A stretch of DNA of 64,000 bases. It comes from an uncultured Thiotrichaceae bacterium (GTDB lineage: Bacteria > Pseudomonadota > Gammaproteobacteria > Thiotrichales > Thiotrichaceae). The translations under genes were made by a program, and so were the position numbers. The stretch lies in NCBI GenBank assembly GCA_937925855.1, contig CALAMO010000002.1, forward strand, positions 16,020 through 80,019, in the 5' to 3' direction. Under the pieces are notes generated by a model. That model was not told the DNA's origin, ran no database searches, and worked only from the letters and a program-made list of their open reading frames with translations. Shown in pieces: positions 21,618 through 30,708 of this stretch (positions are counted from its first letter, which is position 1; the number at the start of each line of letters is the position of its first letter).

Positions 21618-23492
21618 CTAAAGCCCTAAGCCTCCCACATGGAGGACAGGTGTCTCCTGTTGGCAATGTATCGTAAATGCCGCATTGAGGTCGGGTGGAA
21701 TATCCTGCACGGTCACCCAAATTTGACTTAAATTTCCCGAGGTGGCCGAAGTGAGGCTGTTGATGGTGGCCGTCGTGCGTTCGGGGTCAAAAAATGCGAA
21801 GGGCTCGTCCAGAAAAATAAATTGGCCATCGGTATCGGTGCTGGCGGCTAAAGTGCCGGCGAGTGACATGCGCATAGCGAGTGCAATCTGACGTTGGGTA
21901 CCCGCTGAAATTTCCTCAAAGTCGAGGTAGTCACCTTTGGCTTCTGACAGCACCCGGGGCATAAAGTTATTGTCTATTTCCAGTTTGTTGTAACCGGATT
22001 GTGTGAACTCAGAGAGCAGACTGCTACAGCGGCTATGCACAATTCGATTAAAACTTTTGATAGCGTGACGTGACGCACGTTGGAGTAAGGTTATCCCCTT
22101 TGCCTTGAGCTGGATGTGATGCTGCTGCTGTTCCAACGCGGACTGGTAGTGGCTCATTTCGGTATTAAGTGCCATGTACTGGTCAACGCGCTGCTGTTCT
22201 GCAGTCGCCTTCCTATCGACAGCGTCGAAGCTGCCGCTTAGCCATTCGCCCTGATTTTCCAGTGCCATGCTTACGCCGTCTGCGGCAGCGATGGTATCTA
22301 GTGGAGCAGCCCTGAAGTCACGGACTTGTTCAGACAGGTCTCGTAGGTGATCGGGGTCGCTCTGCCAGGGTTTCAGGTCGTTGACATTGGCGTCTAACAG
22401 CTCATGCTTGAGGTGTTTTGCAGCGTCTGCATCGAGTAATCCAGTCAGGTCGCGGTTAAGCTGGTCTGCTCCATCCTGTAAAGTGCTAGCCAGTGCGAGT
22501 GATTTATTGCGCAGTGGATCCAGGCAATTGCGCCCGAGGTGCCAGTCGTAAATCATGAGTAAACTGGTCAGGATGGCGACAATGACGCCACCCCATAGCA
22601 AAGTGCGTCCCCAGGTATTCTGCTCATTTTCTGTTACTGGTCGAATCGAATCCAGCAGCTCTGGCATGAAGGTGAGCAGCGCCCAGGACAGGATCGCCAA
22701 CAGCAGAAAAATAATACCGAGGGCTGTTATCCAACCAGTCAGCTGACTCCGGCGCTTAAAACGGTGGAATAGGCCGTGCTGTTGTGTGTAGGATTCACGA
22801 ACATCGTTGATGTCATGGGTGAGTTTCAGGTTACCTTGATGTTGGGTAGCCAGCGTTTCACGCAAGTCAACTAAGGCGGGTAGGTAGTCCTGGTCGATAG
22901 CTAGGGTATCGAGTTTGGCATTGATTGTGGCTGATTGTTGTTCTAAGTCAGTGAGATTTGTGGCGTCGGCTTCCTGCTCTTGACGCAGTTCATTGTTGAG
23001 CTTGATATAGGTTTTTATCCCCGCCATAGCCTGTAGGCTTTCTGCGTCAGCTTGACCGTCTTCGTTAACCTTCTGGCCCCAGTAGAACGTACGAATAAAG
23101 GCTGGATAGCCATAGCCCAGAATTTTTTTAATGGCAATGGTGACGGCATCACTACTGTCAGCCAGCGTGCGGCCTTCCTCAATACTCCAGAGCGAAGCGG
23201 TTTGAGTGCCTGAGGTGTCGGCCATGCGGGTGAGGCGGTACTGTTTGTCTTTGTGGCTAAAAGACAGGGTGATTTTTACGGCTTGTTGACCCCAGCGCAC
23301 CAGTTTACCGATTTGTTCACCGCTGAGTTTATCAGTGCGGCCAAAGAGGGCGAAACACAGCGCATCGCCGATGCTGCTTTTACCAGCTTCATTATTACCA
23401 TTGACAGCAATTAAACCACTTTCCGGTAAATTTTCGAGGTGTAGATTTTCGTATTTGCGGAAGTCCTCCGCCTGGAGATCTGTAATAATCAC
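21618..23492 (-). CDS. Rad50/SbcC/RecF-like ABC ATPase with a central transmembrane hairpin
   Basis: Walker A GNNEAGKSS (aa 32-40). Signature-like ISAGTQRQIALAMRMSLA. Walker B FIFLDEPF. Two hydrophobic helices lie at aa ~252-276 and ~296-315 (nt ~22548-22739), where a coiled-coil apex would be expected. The GTG start overlaps the upstream stop (GTGA). Confidence 0.8.
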   Translation of the reverse strand: MIITDLQAEDFRKYENLHLENLPESGLIAVNGNNEAGKSSIGDALCFALFGRTDKLSGEQIGKLVRWGQQAVKITLSFSHKDKQYRLTRMADTSGTQTASLWSIEEGRTLADSSDAVTIAIKKILGYGYPAFIRTFYWGQKVNEDGQADAESLQAMAGIKTYIKLNNELRQEQEADATNLTDLEQQSATINAKLDTLAIDQDYLPALVDLRETLATQHQGNLKLTHDINDVRESYTQQHGLFHRFKRRSQLTGWITALGIIFLLLAILSWALLTFMPELLDSIRPVTENEQNTWGRTLLWGGVIVAILTSLLMIYDWHLGRNCLDPLRNKSLALASTLQDGADQLNRDLTGLLDADAAKHLKHELLDANVNDLKPWQSDPDHLRDLSEQVRDFRAAPLDTIAAADGVSMALENQGEWLSGSFDAVDRKATAEQQRVDQYMALNTEMSHYQSALEQQQHHIQLKAKGITLLQRASRHAIKSFNRIVHSRCSSLLSEFTQSGYNKLEIDNNFMPRVLSEAKGDYLDFEEISAGTQRQIALAMRMSLAGTLAASTDTDGQFIFLDEPFAFFDPERTTATINSLTSATSGNLSQIWVTVQDIPPDLNAAFTIHCQQETPVLHVGGLGL

Positions 23493-23689
23493 TTGTGCTC
23501 TCCATGGATGGCGCGCTCTAGGCGCTGGAGCACTAGCTTAGCGGCCTCGCGGTAGAGGTCATTGTCTGGATCGTCGGGGTCATCATTGTTAAGGATATCC
23601 TGTTTACAAAATTCTGCAAATCTGCGCGCTGCTACGCTTTTGAGACTGTTTTTATCCAACCAGTCCATGTCCATGGAATCGGATGACAC
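23489..23689 (-). CDS. Small acidic protein (66 aa), translationally coupled to the ATPase
   Basis: GTG start at 23689, preceded by GGAGG with a 6-nt spacer. The stop overlaps the ATPase start. Asp-rich centre NNDDPDDPDND. No family recognised. Confidence 0.55.
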   Translation of the reverse strand: MSSDSMDMDWLDKNSLKSVAARRFAEFCKQDILNNDDPDDPDNDLYREAAKLVLQRLERAIHGEHK

Positions 23690-23895
23690 GCTTCACCTCC
23701 ATACGAATAACGCTAACCGCACCTCTGATAATGGGAATAATTATGCTATTCAGAGGCCATCTTAAGATTAAACTCTATTTGGGTACTGACTACTGCTAAC
23801 TCTATCGAATGATACATTATTTAATATTGAATGGTACATCAACAATACGCGCGTAAACTAACCCGCGTGAATTGCTTCATGCGGGTTGAGAATGG

Positions 23896-25128
23896 CTACC
23901 TGTTTTCGGTTTGCATACGTTCCAGTCGATTAGCCGCTAAGCGGGCAGCGTTGGTCTCGGGGAAGAAACGTACGGTATCTTCGAGCGTGCGCCGGGCAAA
24001 ATCCCACTGGCGCAGCTCATAAAATGAGTAGCCCAGTTTTAAGGCAGCGCCTGGAGCCTTTGGGCTGCTTTTATGGTTCTTTAAAACCTGCATAAATTCT
24101 TCGGTCGCGCCGGCAAAATCCTGCTGTGCATACAGCGCTTCACCGAGCCAGTATTGCGCATTGGCGACGAACTCATGTTCAGGATAGTCGTTAATGAAAG
24201 CACGAAAGGCAGGGATGGCGCTTGCGGTATCATTAACCAGCAGTTTGTAAGCCTCGTTGTAAGCGGCCTTGGCTTGATGGGTTGTTGGTAGCGCAGCGGA
24301 AGCTGTTGGCGCGACCTGCTGTAGGCTGGGAGTTACTTGTTGTGTGGTTGGCGTGACCTGTACGCTTTGTTGGCTGTCTCCATTTACACGGGCGCTGGTC
24401 GGGCGGGTGTTCGTTGCGCGAGACGCTGCATTCCTGTCCTGCGTGCCATAAAAGTAATAGCTGTCCGGGCTGTTTGGATCGATTTTCTCCGCTGTGGCTT
24501 GCGCTTCTGTGTCGTCAACAGCCACCGTGGCCCGACGCTGCTCTTCGCCGCTTAGCTGCGCGCGTGCTGGGTCACCGCTGGAGTCACTGTCTACTTCGGT
24601 GCTGGTCTCACCTGCTGCTTCCGCTCCTGTTTGTGTTGCTGTGACTGCTGCCGCCCCTTGTGCTGTCGACTCAGCACTCAGCGCAGCCTCAGCGTTAGAC
24701 GTGAGCGTAATTGCTGAGGGTCTGGCGACAATCGTTCCTGGCGTGGGTAGCGGCTCTGCTGCGGTGTTGCCTAATGCAGGTGTGGCGTTCGCGGTGTTAC
24801 TGCTTGGTGCCGCTGGCTCGGGGGCGGTGCGGGCAGTGTTCGTAGCCGTTTGGCCCGCCAGGCCTTGCTGTTCCAGATTACTGATGCGCTTATCAATGTT
24901 GAGGAAGCCGGTACGCTGTGCCGCTCGCAGCGCCGTTAGGTCTTTGCGCAGTACTTCATTCTCACCGCGCAGATTGCTGATTTCCAGCTCCAACTCACTG
25001 AGACGCTCTAGTAATTGTACGGCGACTTCATCAGAAACTGCGTTTGCGGTTGACAGTGGGAGGACACCCACCCAAAAAACAAATGATACGGCTAATAGAC
25101 GTTGATTAAGCTTAAGCATGTCTCGCAC
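23896..25128 (-). CDS. cpoB: Cell-division coordinator CpoB (YbgF), with a long low-complexity insert
   Basis: Signal peptide, N-terminal coiled coil, C-terminal TPR block (YWLGEALYAQQDFAGA...LKLGYSFYE). Last gene of the tol-pal cluster. Confidence 0.87.
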   Translation of the reverse strand: MRDMLKLNQRLLAVSFVFWVGVLPLSTANAVSDEVAVQLLERLSELELEISNLRGENEVLRKDLTALRAAQRTGFLNIDKRISNLEQQGLAGQTATNTARTAPEPAAPSSNTANATPALGNTAAEPLPTPGTIVARPSAITLTSNAEAALSAESTAQGAAAVTATQTGAEAAGETSTEVDSDSSGDPARAQLSGEEQRRATVAVDDTEAQATAEKIDPNSPDSYYFYGTQDRNAASRATNTRPTSARVNGDSQQSVQVTPTTQQVTPSLQQVAPTASAALPTTHQAKAAYNEAYKLLVNDTASAIPAFRAFINDYPEHEFVANAQYWLGEALYAQQDFAGATEEFMQVLKNHKSSPKAPGAALKLGYSFYELRQWDFARRTLEDTVRFFPETNAARLAANRLERMQTENR

Positions 25129-25856
25129 TATTCCCCTGCATAAATAATTTCAACCCTGCGGTTTTTGCTCCATGAGCTTTCACCGTGACCAAAAGTGGCC
25201 GGTACTTCCTCGCCATAGCCCACAATATCGATTTGGTCAGACCTTACGCCTTTTATATTAAGGTAATCGCGCACTGAGTACGCACGGCGTTCTGATAAAG
25301 CGACATTGTACTCGCGTGAACCGCGTTCGTCTGCATGTCCCTCTAATCTTATTCTCAGTTCAGGGAAATTCACCAGTAAAGCGCTGTGTGCATCCAGCAC
25401 CTCACGAAATTCTGGTCTGAAACCTGCTTGGTTATAGTCAAAATAGATAATGCGCTGTGCCAATAGGCTGTTTGGGTTACGCAGATCCGATGGAGTGTAA
25501 ACTCCCTCAGTCTGACCGCCAAAGGCAGAGCCATTACTGAAACCTCCTTGATTTTGCTGCTGGCCCGCGTTGTTTTGTCCGGTATTATTAGCGTTAGAAG
25601 CATTAGTTCCTCTGCTGCTACCGGCAGCGTTTGTTCGGTCTGAACCATTGGCATTATTGCCTGCCGCCTGTCCGGTGCCGCTCCCATTCACTAACTTGCC
25701 GGAACCATCGCGCACGTATGGACTGCCGCCGTCGTTACCTGCGCTAACCGGGCCGGTCGTGCCGTTGCCCACCGGTGGCTTGTTGGTTTGCAGGGTACAG
25801 CCACTGACCCACAGTGCAGATCCTGCCAAACAGCTGATGATGAGTTTAGTGTTCAT
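25128..25856 (-). CDS. pal: Peptidoglycan-associated lipoprotein Pal, with an extended G/N/S-rich linker
   Basis: Lipobox LWVSGC. OmpA-like C-terminal domain (LEGHADERGSREYNVALSERRA). Confidence 0.93.
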   Translation of the reverse strand: MNTKLIISCLAGSALWVSGCTLQTNKPPVGNGTTGPVSAGNDGGSPYVRDGSGKLVNGSGTGQAAGNNANGSDRTNAAGSSRGTNASNANNTGQNNAGQQQNQGGFSNGSAFGGQTEGVYTPSDLRNPNSLLAQRIIYFDYNQAGFRPEFREVLDAHSALLVNFPELRIRLEGHADERGSREYNVALSERRAYSVRDYLNIKGVRSDQIDIVGYGEEVPATFGHGESSWSKNRRVEIIYAGE

Positions 25857-25886
25857 AGCGCTTGCCTCTATAATGCTTTGGTTGGG

Positions 25887-27149
25887 TTAATTCAGGTAAG
25901 GTGACCACGCAGCGTCGCGGACATGGCCTTCCTGAGCGGACAGGAACTGTCTGGCCTTACCGTTACTGCTGGAGACGGCGAGCACGCCGCGTCCATTTTC
26001 TTCTGTTGAATAGATAACCATGCTGCCATTGGGAGCCAGGGACGGTGATTCATCGTAGCGCCCGCCTTGTGAAACCATCACGGTAGCCTTAGTCGCAGCA
26101 TTCATCACCGCGATACGTGAAAAATTACCGTTCATACGCACCATGGCGACTGAATTGCCGACGACGCTGGGGGCGGAGTTCTCGCTGCCATTAAAGGTTA
26201 GGCGTGAGCCATTACCCCCCGCTATGGAAGTCCGATAGAGCTGGGGTCTGCCGCCCTGATCCGAGGTGTAAATCAGGGTATTCACATTCGCCCAGCTGGG
26301 TTCGGTATCAATCGCTCTTGTCGTGGTTATGCGCCGGGGTTCGCCGCCGTTGGTGCTGATCACGTAGATATCGGCATTACCGTCTTGCGATAAGCTCATG
26401 GCAATTTTACTGCCATCGGGCGACCAAGCCGGGGCACCATTCATCCCGCCCTGATTTGAAAGCGGATAGGCATTCCCGGTGTTTAGGTCCTGAATATAGA
26501 TTGCGGAACGGTTGCTTTCGAACGAGACATAAGCCAGCCTACGTCCATCCGGCGACCAAGTCGGTGACATAATCGGCTTGTCAGAGGTCAATACTGTGCG
26601 AGGATTATAGCCATCCGCTTCCGCCACGATCATACGGTAAGTTTGATTACCTGCTGGGCCAGACGCCGAGATATAAGCGATCTGGGTGTCAAAAGCACCC
26701 TTTACGCCGGTCAGGCGCTCAAAAATGAGGTCGGCTGCCTGATGGGCCCTGCGACGTGGGTTAACGCCCGGTGGTACATTGTAAGTGGCGATACGCTCAC
26801 CGCTGGCAACGTTAATAATCTCAAATTCCAGTCCGTTGCCCGGTCGACCCACCACAACATAATCAGCGCCACTGCTGCGCAGCAGTCTGTTTTCAAACGG
26901 GCGACCAAACAATAGCGGTTGGTTGGCTCGCGCTGGATCAATCAGGGTAAAGCGCCCGCTGCGCTGGAGGTCGTCCTCAATAATGGTCGCAGTACGGCTG
27001 CCTGGAAAGGGAATGATCATAATGGGGATGCCATCTTTCACACCGTCGGTAATACGGATGACCAGTTCAGCTCGCACAGCAGCACTCAATAATAAGCCGC
27101 TGATTAATAGGATCAGGAGAAAAAGGCGGGATTTAGTTTTATTCATCAT
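25887..27149 (-). CDS. tolB: Tol-Pal system beta-propeller protein TolB
   Basis: 420 aa. Repeated P.WSPDG propeller motifs. Position between tolA and pal. Confidence 0.96.
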   Translation of the reverse strand: MMNKTKSRLFLLILLISGLLLSAAVRAELVIRITDGVKDGIPIMIIPFPGSRTATIIEDDLQRSGRFTLIDPARANQPLLFGRPFENRLLRSSGADYVVVGRPGNGLEFEIINVASGERIATYNVPPGVNPRRRAHQAADLIFERLTGVKGAFDTQIAYISASGPAGNQTYRMIVAEADGYNPRTVLTSDKPIMSPTWSPDGRRLAYVSFESNRSAIYIQDLNTGNAYPLSNQGGMNGAPAWSPDGSKIAMSLSQDGNADIYVISTNGGEPRRITTTRAIDTEPSWANVNTLIYTSDQGGRPQLYRTSIAGGNGSRLTFNGSENSAPSVVGNSVAMVRMNGNFSRIAVMNAATKATVMVSQGGRYDESPSLAPNGSMVIYSTEENGRGVLAVSSSNGKARQFLSAQEGHVRDAAWSPYLN

Positions 27150-27152
27150 AGC

Positions 27153-28946
27153 TTATGGCTCGAAGATTAACTTCAGGTTCTGGTTATAAAGCGCCGGATC
27201 CGCAGGCTGTGGAAAGGGTTCTGATTTACGGAGTGCGACTTGCAGTGATTCACAGAACTGTGGGGTGCCGTTACAGCTAATGAGCTGCTGCTGGGCGATA
27301 TAGCCGGGCGGGCGAATATTTAGTGAGACCACGGCTTGCATGCCGAAGGTATCCACCGGCTCAATCCAATTTGAGCTGACGCGGTTTTGGATTTCGCGGC
27401 CCCAGGCCTGACCAGCGCGCTGCAGACTGGCTGAGTTGGCGGCATTAGCTTGAGCTAAGGCCTGCTGTGCTGCTTGGCTTTGTGCACTAGCCTGTGCCAG
27501 CGCTTGCTGTTCAGCCTGTCTTTGTGCATCAGCCAACGCCAGTGCTTGCTGTTCGGCTTGCCGCTGTGCATTCAACTGTTCTTGTTGTGCACGTTGCGCA
27601 GCGGCGGTGGCACGCGCTCTGGTGGCTTCAGCGTCTTGTTGTTTGCGGGCTTGTTCGGCCAGCCATTTAGCGTGGTATTCGGCTTTTTTGCGCGCTAGCG
27701 CTTCCTCTTCTGCCCGTTTTTTCGCGGCTTCTGCCTCTCGCTTAGCGGCGAGAATACGCTGCTTTTCCTCGGCTTCAGCTCGCTGCTTTTCGGCCGCTTC
27801 TTGTTTCTTGCGTTCCTGCTCTGCCTGCCATTTAGCATGGTATTCAGCCTTTTTAAGAGCTAATGCTTCCTCTGTGGCGCGCTTTTCTGCTTCGGCTTTG
27901 CGTTTAGCATCGGCGATACGTTTTTGTTCGGCTGCTTCTGCCTTGCGTTTTTCTTCAGCAGCCCGTTGTTTTGCGGCTTCCACCTTCTTGCGCTCGGCCT
28001 GCTCCGCTTCCCAGCGGCGACGAAATTCTGCTTCCGCATTGCGCTTTTTCTCGGCCTCTGCCTGCTTGACGGCTGCTGCCCGCAGGCGTTCCTCGCGCTT
28101 AGCTTGTTCGGCGAGCTCTTCCGCACGTTGGATACGCTGCTGTAGCCGTGCCGCGCGTGCGGCTTGCGCCTGTTGCGCTCGCAGTGCCTTTTCCTCCGCT
28201 GCTTGGCGCAGCTCTTCTTCTTCTGCTTTGCGTGCCAGCCGTTCTTGCTCGGCCTGTCGGAGCGCTTCTTCGGCCTTGAGTGTTGCTGCTTCGCGTTCTT
28301 TTCTGGCCTGTTCGGCCTGCTGGCGGGCTTCTTCTGCTTTGCGGCGTTCTTCTGCTAACAGGCGCTCCGCTTCTTGCTGGCGGGTACGTTCGGCTTCTAA
28401 CTCAAGGCGGCGCTGTTCGGCCTGCTGTTTTTGTGCTTCCAGTTCCAGCTGGCGGGCTTCTTCTTGTGCTTTTAGACGCTCGTTTTCTAGCCGCTGTTTT
28501 TCCAGCGCGAGTTTAAGCCGCTCAGCTTCCAGTTCAGCTTTCTGCTGCGCTTCCTGCTGGGCCAGTTTCAGCCGCTCCGTTTCTAGTGCAGCCTGTTGCT
28601 GTGCTTCCTGCCGGATACGTTGCTCGGCGGCGGCCTGCTGTTGTGCGGCTTCTAGCTGTGCCTGTTGTTGGAGGACAGCAGCGACGGCTTCCTCTTTTCG
28701 CGCGGCCTCGGCGCGTTTCTGCTGTGCCTTTTCTTCGGCCTGCTGCTGTTTTATTTTTGCCTGTGCTTGCTGCGCTGTGGCTTGTTGTTGCGCTGTTGTG
28801 GCAATAAGCTGCACGCCTTGTACCGCTGCGGGGGTGTCTGGCTGTTTGCTGGCGTTTAGGCCAAACAGCAGCAGGCCTGCAATAGCAATGTGCAATACAA
28901 TGGCCCAAAACAGGGCAACCGGGCTTTTTAGAATCTCTTTTAACAT
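27153..28946 (-). CDS. tolA: Tol-Pal system protein TolA (597 aa, very long A/E/K/Q/R helical domain II)
   Basis: N-terminal TM anchor, a huge charged helical region, and a C-terminal TolA-III-like domain. Position after tolR. Confidence 0.88.
   Translation of the reverse strand: MLKEILKSPVALFWAIVLHIAIAGLLLFGLNASKQPDTPAAVQGVQLIATTAQQQATAQQAQAKIKQQQAEEKAQQKRAEAARKEEAVAAVLQQQAQLEAAQQQAAAEQRIRQEAQQQAALETERLKLAQQEAQQKAELEAERLKLALEKQRLENERLKAQEEARQLELEAQKQQAEQRRLELEAERTRQQEAERLLAEERRKAEEARQQAEQARKEREAATLKAEEALRQAEQERLARKAEEEELRQAAEEKALRAQQAQAARAARLQQRIQRAEELAEQAKREERLRAAAVKQAEAEKKRNAEAEFRRRWEAEQAERKKVEAAKQRAAEEKRKAEAAEQKRIADAKRKAEAEKRATEEALALKKAEYHAKWQAEQERKKQEAAEKQRAEAEEKQRILAAKREAEAAKKRAEEEALARKKAEYHAKWLAEQARKQQDAEATRARATAAAQRAQQEQLNAQRQAEQQALALADAQRQAEQQALAQASAQSQAAQQALAQANAANSASLQRAGQAWGREIQNRVSSNWIEPVDTFGMQAVVSLNIRPPGYIAQQQLISCNGTPQFCESLQVALRKSEPFPQPADPALYNQNLKLIFEP
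27663..27880. repeat. Internal 165-bp (55-aa) tandem duplication within tolA
   Basis: CCATTTAGCGTGGTATTCGGCTTTTTTGCGCGCTAGCGCTTCCTC at 27663 recurs as CCATTTAGCATGGTATTCAGCCTTTTTAAGAGCTAATGCTTCCTC at 27828. At protein level this is EEALA(L/R)KKAEYHAKW(Q/L)AEQ. Confidence 0.85.
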
Positions 28947-29015
28947 GCGTCGTTGTCTACACTTTAGCGTTCTGTATCAATAGGTTAATCAGTCGGTTGG
29001 GCTCTATGTAGCTTG

Positions 29016-29444
29016 CTATTGCTCCACGATAACCCTTGGGTCAGCCATTAAACCAATTTTTTGTGCCCCGGCCTGTTGAGCGGCTGCGATCACATCCATT
29101 AAGTAGCGGTATTCCACGCCTGAGTCAGCTTTTACATAAAACGGGCGCTGTGTTGACTGTCCGCTCATCTGCTCTTGTACGTAATCTGCGATGCGGCTAA
29201 CAGCGATTTCAGAGCCGTCAGCTAGAAAGTACTTACCGGTTTGATCGACTGAAATAATCAAAGGTTCCTGCTGATTATCAGCGGTCAGTGGCTGAGTTGG
29301 TGCCTCTGGCATATCAATCTCGATTCCAGCCTGCATCATCGGTGCGGTCACCATGAAAATCACCAATAGCACCAGCATAACGTCGATATACGGCACGACG
29401 TTCATTTCGGCCATCGATTTACGTGGGCGGCGGCTACTTCTCAT
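29016..29444 (-). CDS. tolR: Tol-Pal system protein TolR
   Basis: 142 aa. ExbD/TolR motif MNVVPYIDVMLVLLVIFMV. Confidence 0.93.
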   Translation of the reverse strand: MRSSRRPRKSMAEMNVVPYIDVMLVLLVIFMVTAPMMQAGIEIDMPEAPTQPLTADNQQEPLIISVDQTGKYFLADGSEIAVSRIADYVQEQMSGQSTQRPFYVKADSGVEYRYLMDVIAAAQQAGAQKIGLMADPRVIVEQ

Positions 29445-29489
29445 GCTGATTCCGGGGCTGCGGCACCTGCCGGGTGAGATCTAGATCTA

Positions 29490-30185
29490 TCATGGCTTTG
29501 CCTGTCTGGCGGCATCATGCCGTTCGAGTAAGGCGGTAAATTCCTCACGGAAATTATCATAATTCACCACCAGCCGATCAATATGATCATTAAAACGGTT
29601 ATAGGCGATGACCGCTGGAATAGCCGCAAACAAACCAATGGCAGTGGCGATTAGCGCTTCGGCGATACCCGGTGCAACTACGGCCAGCGTGGCTTGCTGC
29701 ATTTTGCCGAGTGAAATAAAGGAGTTCATAATACCCCACACGGTACCAAACAGCCCGACGTAAGGGCTGGTCGAACCCACCGTAGCTAAGAAGGCCAAAT
29801 TCTGTTCCAGGCCATCAACTTCTTTGGAGCTGGTAATGCGCATGGCGCGCTGCACGCCATCAATCCGGTTTAATTGGAAATTACTGGAAGTGCTGGCCTG
29901 CTTGAGGTCACGTTTGTATTCACGGAAGCCATCGTAAAAGATACGCTCCAGTCCATGATGATTGGGTTTCTCGCTTAATTCTGCATGGAGCGCAGACAGT
30001 GAAATACCGCTCCAGAAGCGGGTTTCAAAATGCTCTGCCTCGCGGCGTGATTTTTTTAATTTACCGGTTTTAACGATGATAAGCGCCCAGGACATTAATG
30101 AAGCCAGCACCAGCAGCCCCATCACAATTTGCACCACGAGGGAGGCATCACTAATCAATTCGAAAATGGAAAGGTCAGTTTTCAC
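29490..30185 (-). CDS. tolQ: Tol-Pal system protein TolQ
   Basis: 231 aa. MotA/TolQ/ExbB channel motifs (GLFGTVWGIMNSF, APGIAEALIATAIGL). Confidence 0.95.
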   Translation of the reverse strand: MKTDLSIFELISDASLVVQIVMGLLVLASLMSWALIIVKTGKLKKSRREAEHFETRFWSGISLSALHAELSEKPNHHGLERIFYDGFREYKRDLKQASTSSNFQLNRIDGVQRAMRITSSKEVDGLEQNLAFLATVGSTSPYVGLFGTVWGIMNSFISLGKMQQATLAVVAPGIAEALIATAIGLFAAIPAVIAYNRFNDHIDRLVVNYDNFREEFTALLERHDAARQAKP

Positions 30186-30645
30186 GATTTAACGCGCCTT
30201 TTATAACTAAAGGAATGGCTTTGGGCTTAAAACTTTGGGCATCGACACAGGCAACTTTGACCGTTGCAGTCGTTAAATGCTCACCCTCAACGTGTTGCTG
30301 TGGATCGTAGGATGAGTTGGAACGGCTATTGCAAAGGAGTCGATGAATGTCTTGCTGAAAAATAACGCTGGCCCCGGCTACTTTAACGGCTGAGGTAATG
30401 ACCTGGAGCCGATCATTAAAACGGGCCGCTTTGCGGTAGTCCAACTGTATACTGCGTACGACAAATAAAATACCCAGCTGCTTTTGTAACACATCTTGAT
30501 CATAGCCCAGCTCACGCAGTAATTCTGTACGCGCCCGCTCCATAAAGTTTAGGTAGTTGCTGTGATAGACTACACCGCCCGCATCAGTATCCTCATAATA
30601 CACGCGCAGCGGGAAGGTAAACGCATGAAACTCGTTATTTTTCAT
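30175..30645 (-). CDS. ybgC: Tol-Pal-associated acyl-CoA thioesterase YbgC (4HBT hotdog fold)
   Basis: RVYYEDTDAGGVVYHSNYLNFMERAR motif. I prefer the start at ATG 30645 (MKNNEF...); the ORF track start at 30681 is an alternative. Confidence 0.87.
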   Translation of the reverse strand: MKNNEFHAFTFPLRVYYEDTDAGGVVYHSNYLNFMERARTELLRELGYDQDVLQKQLGILFVVRSIQLDYRKAARFNDRLQVITSAVKVAGASVIFQQDIHRLLCNSRSNSSYDPQQHVEGEHLTTATVKVACVDAQSFKPKAIPLVIKGALNREN

Positions 30646-30708
30646 GGATGAAAGGATAGCAGAAGCCAAAGTCAGCCGCATAGCCCCTGCCCATAAGATT
30701 AAGGATTA

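Noticed and set aside
24494-25105. 203-aa plus-strand ORF antisense to cpoB
   Set aside because: It has low-complexity Ala/Ser/Val composition, generated by the Ala/Thr-rich linker of cpoB. There are no independent signals.
27607-28983. 458-aa plus-strand ORF (plus several shorter ones) covering almost all of tolA on the opposite strand
   Set aside because: It is the mirror image of the GCN/GAR-rich repetitive tolA codons. The translation is Cys/Ser/Ala/Arg low-complexity with no start context. tolA itself has a clear TM anchor, operon position and C-terminal domain.
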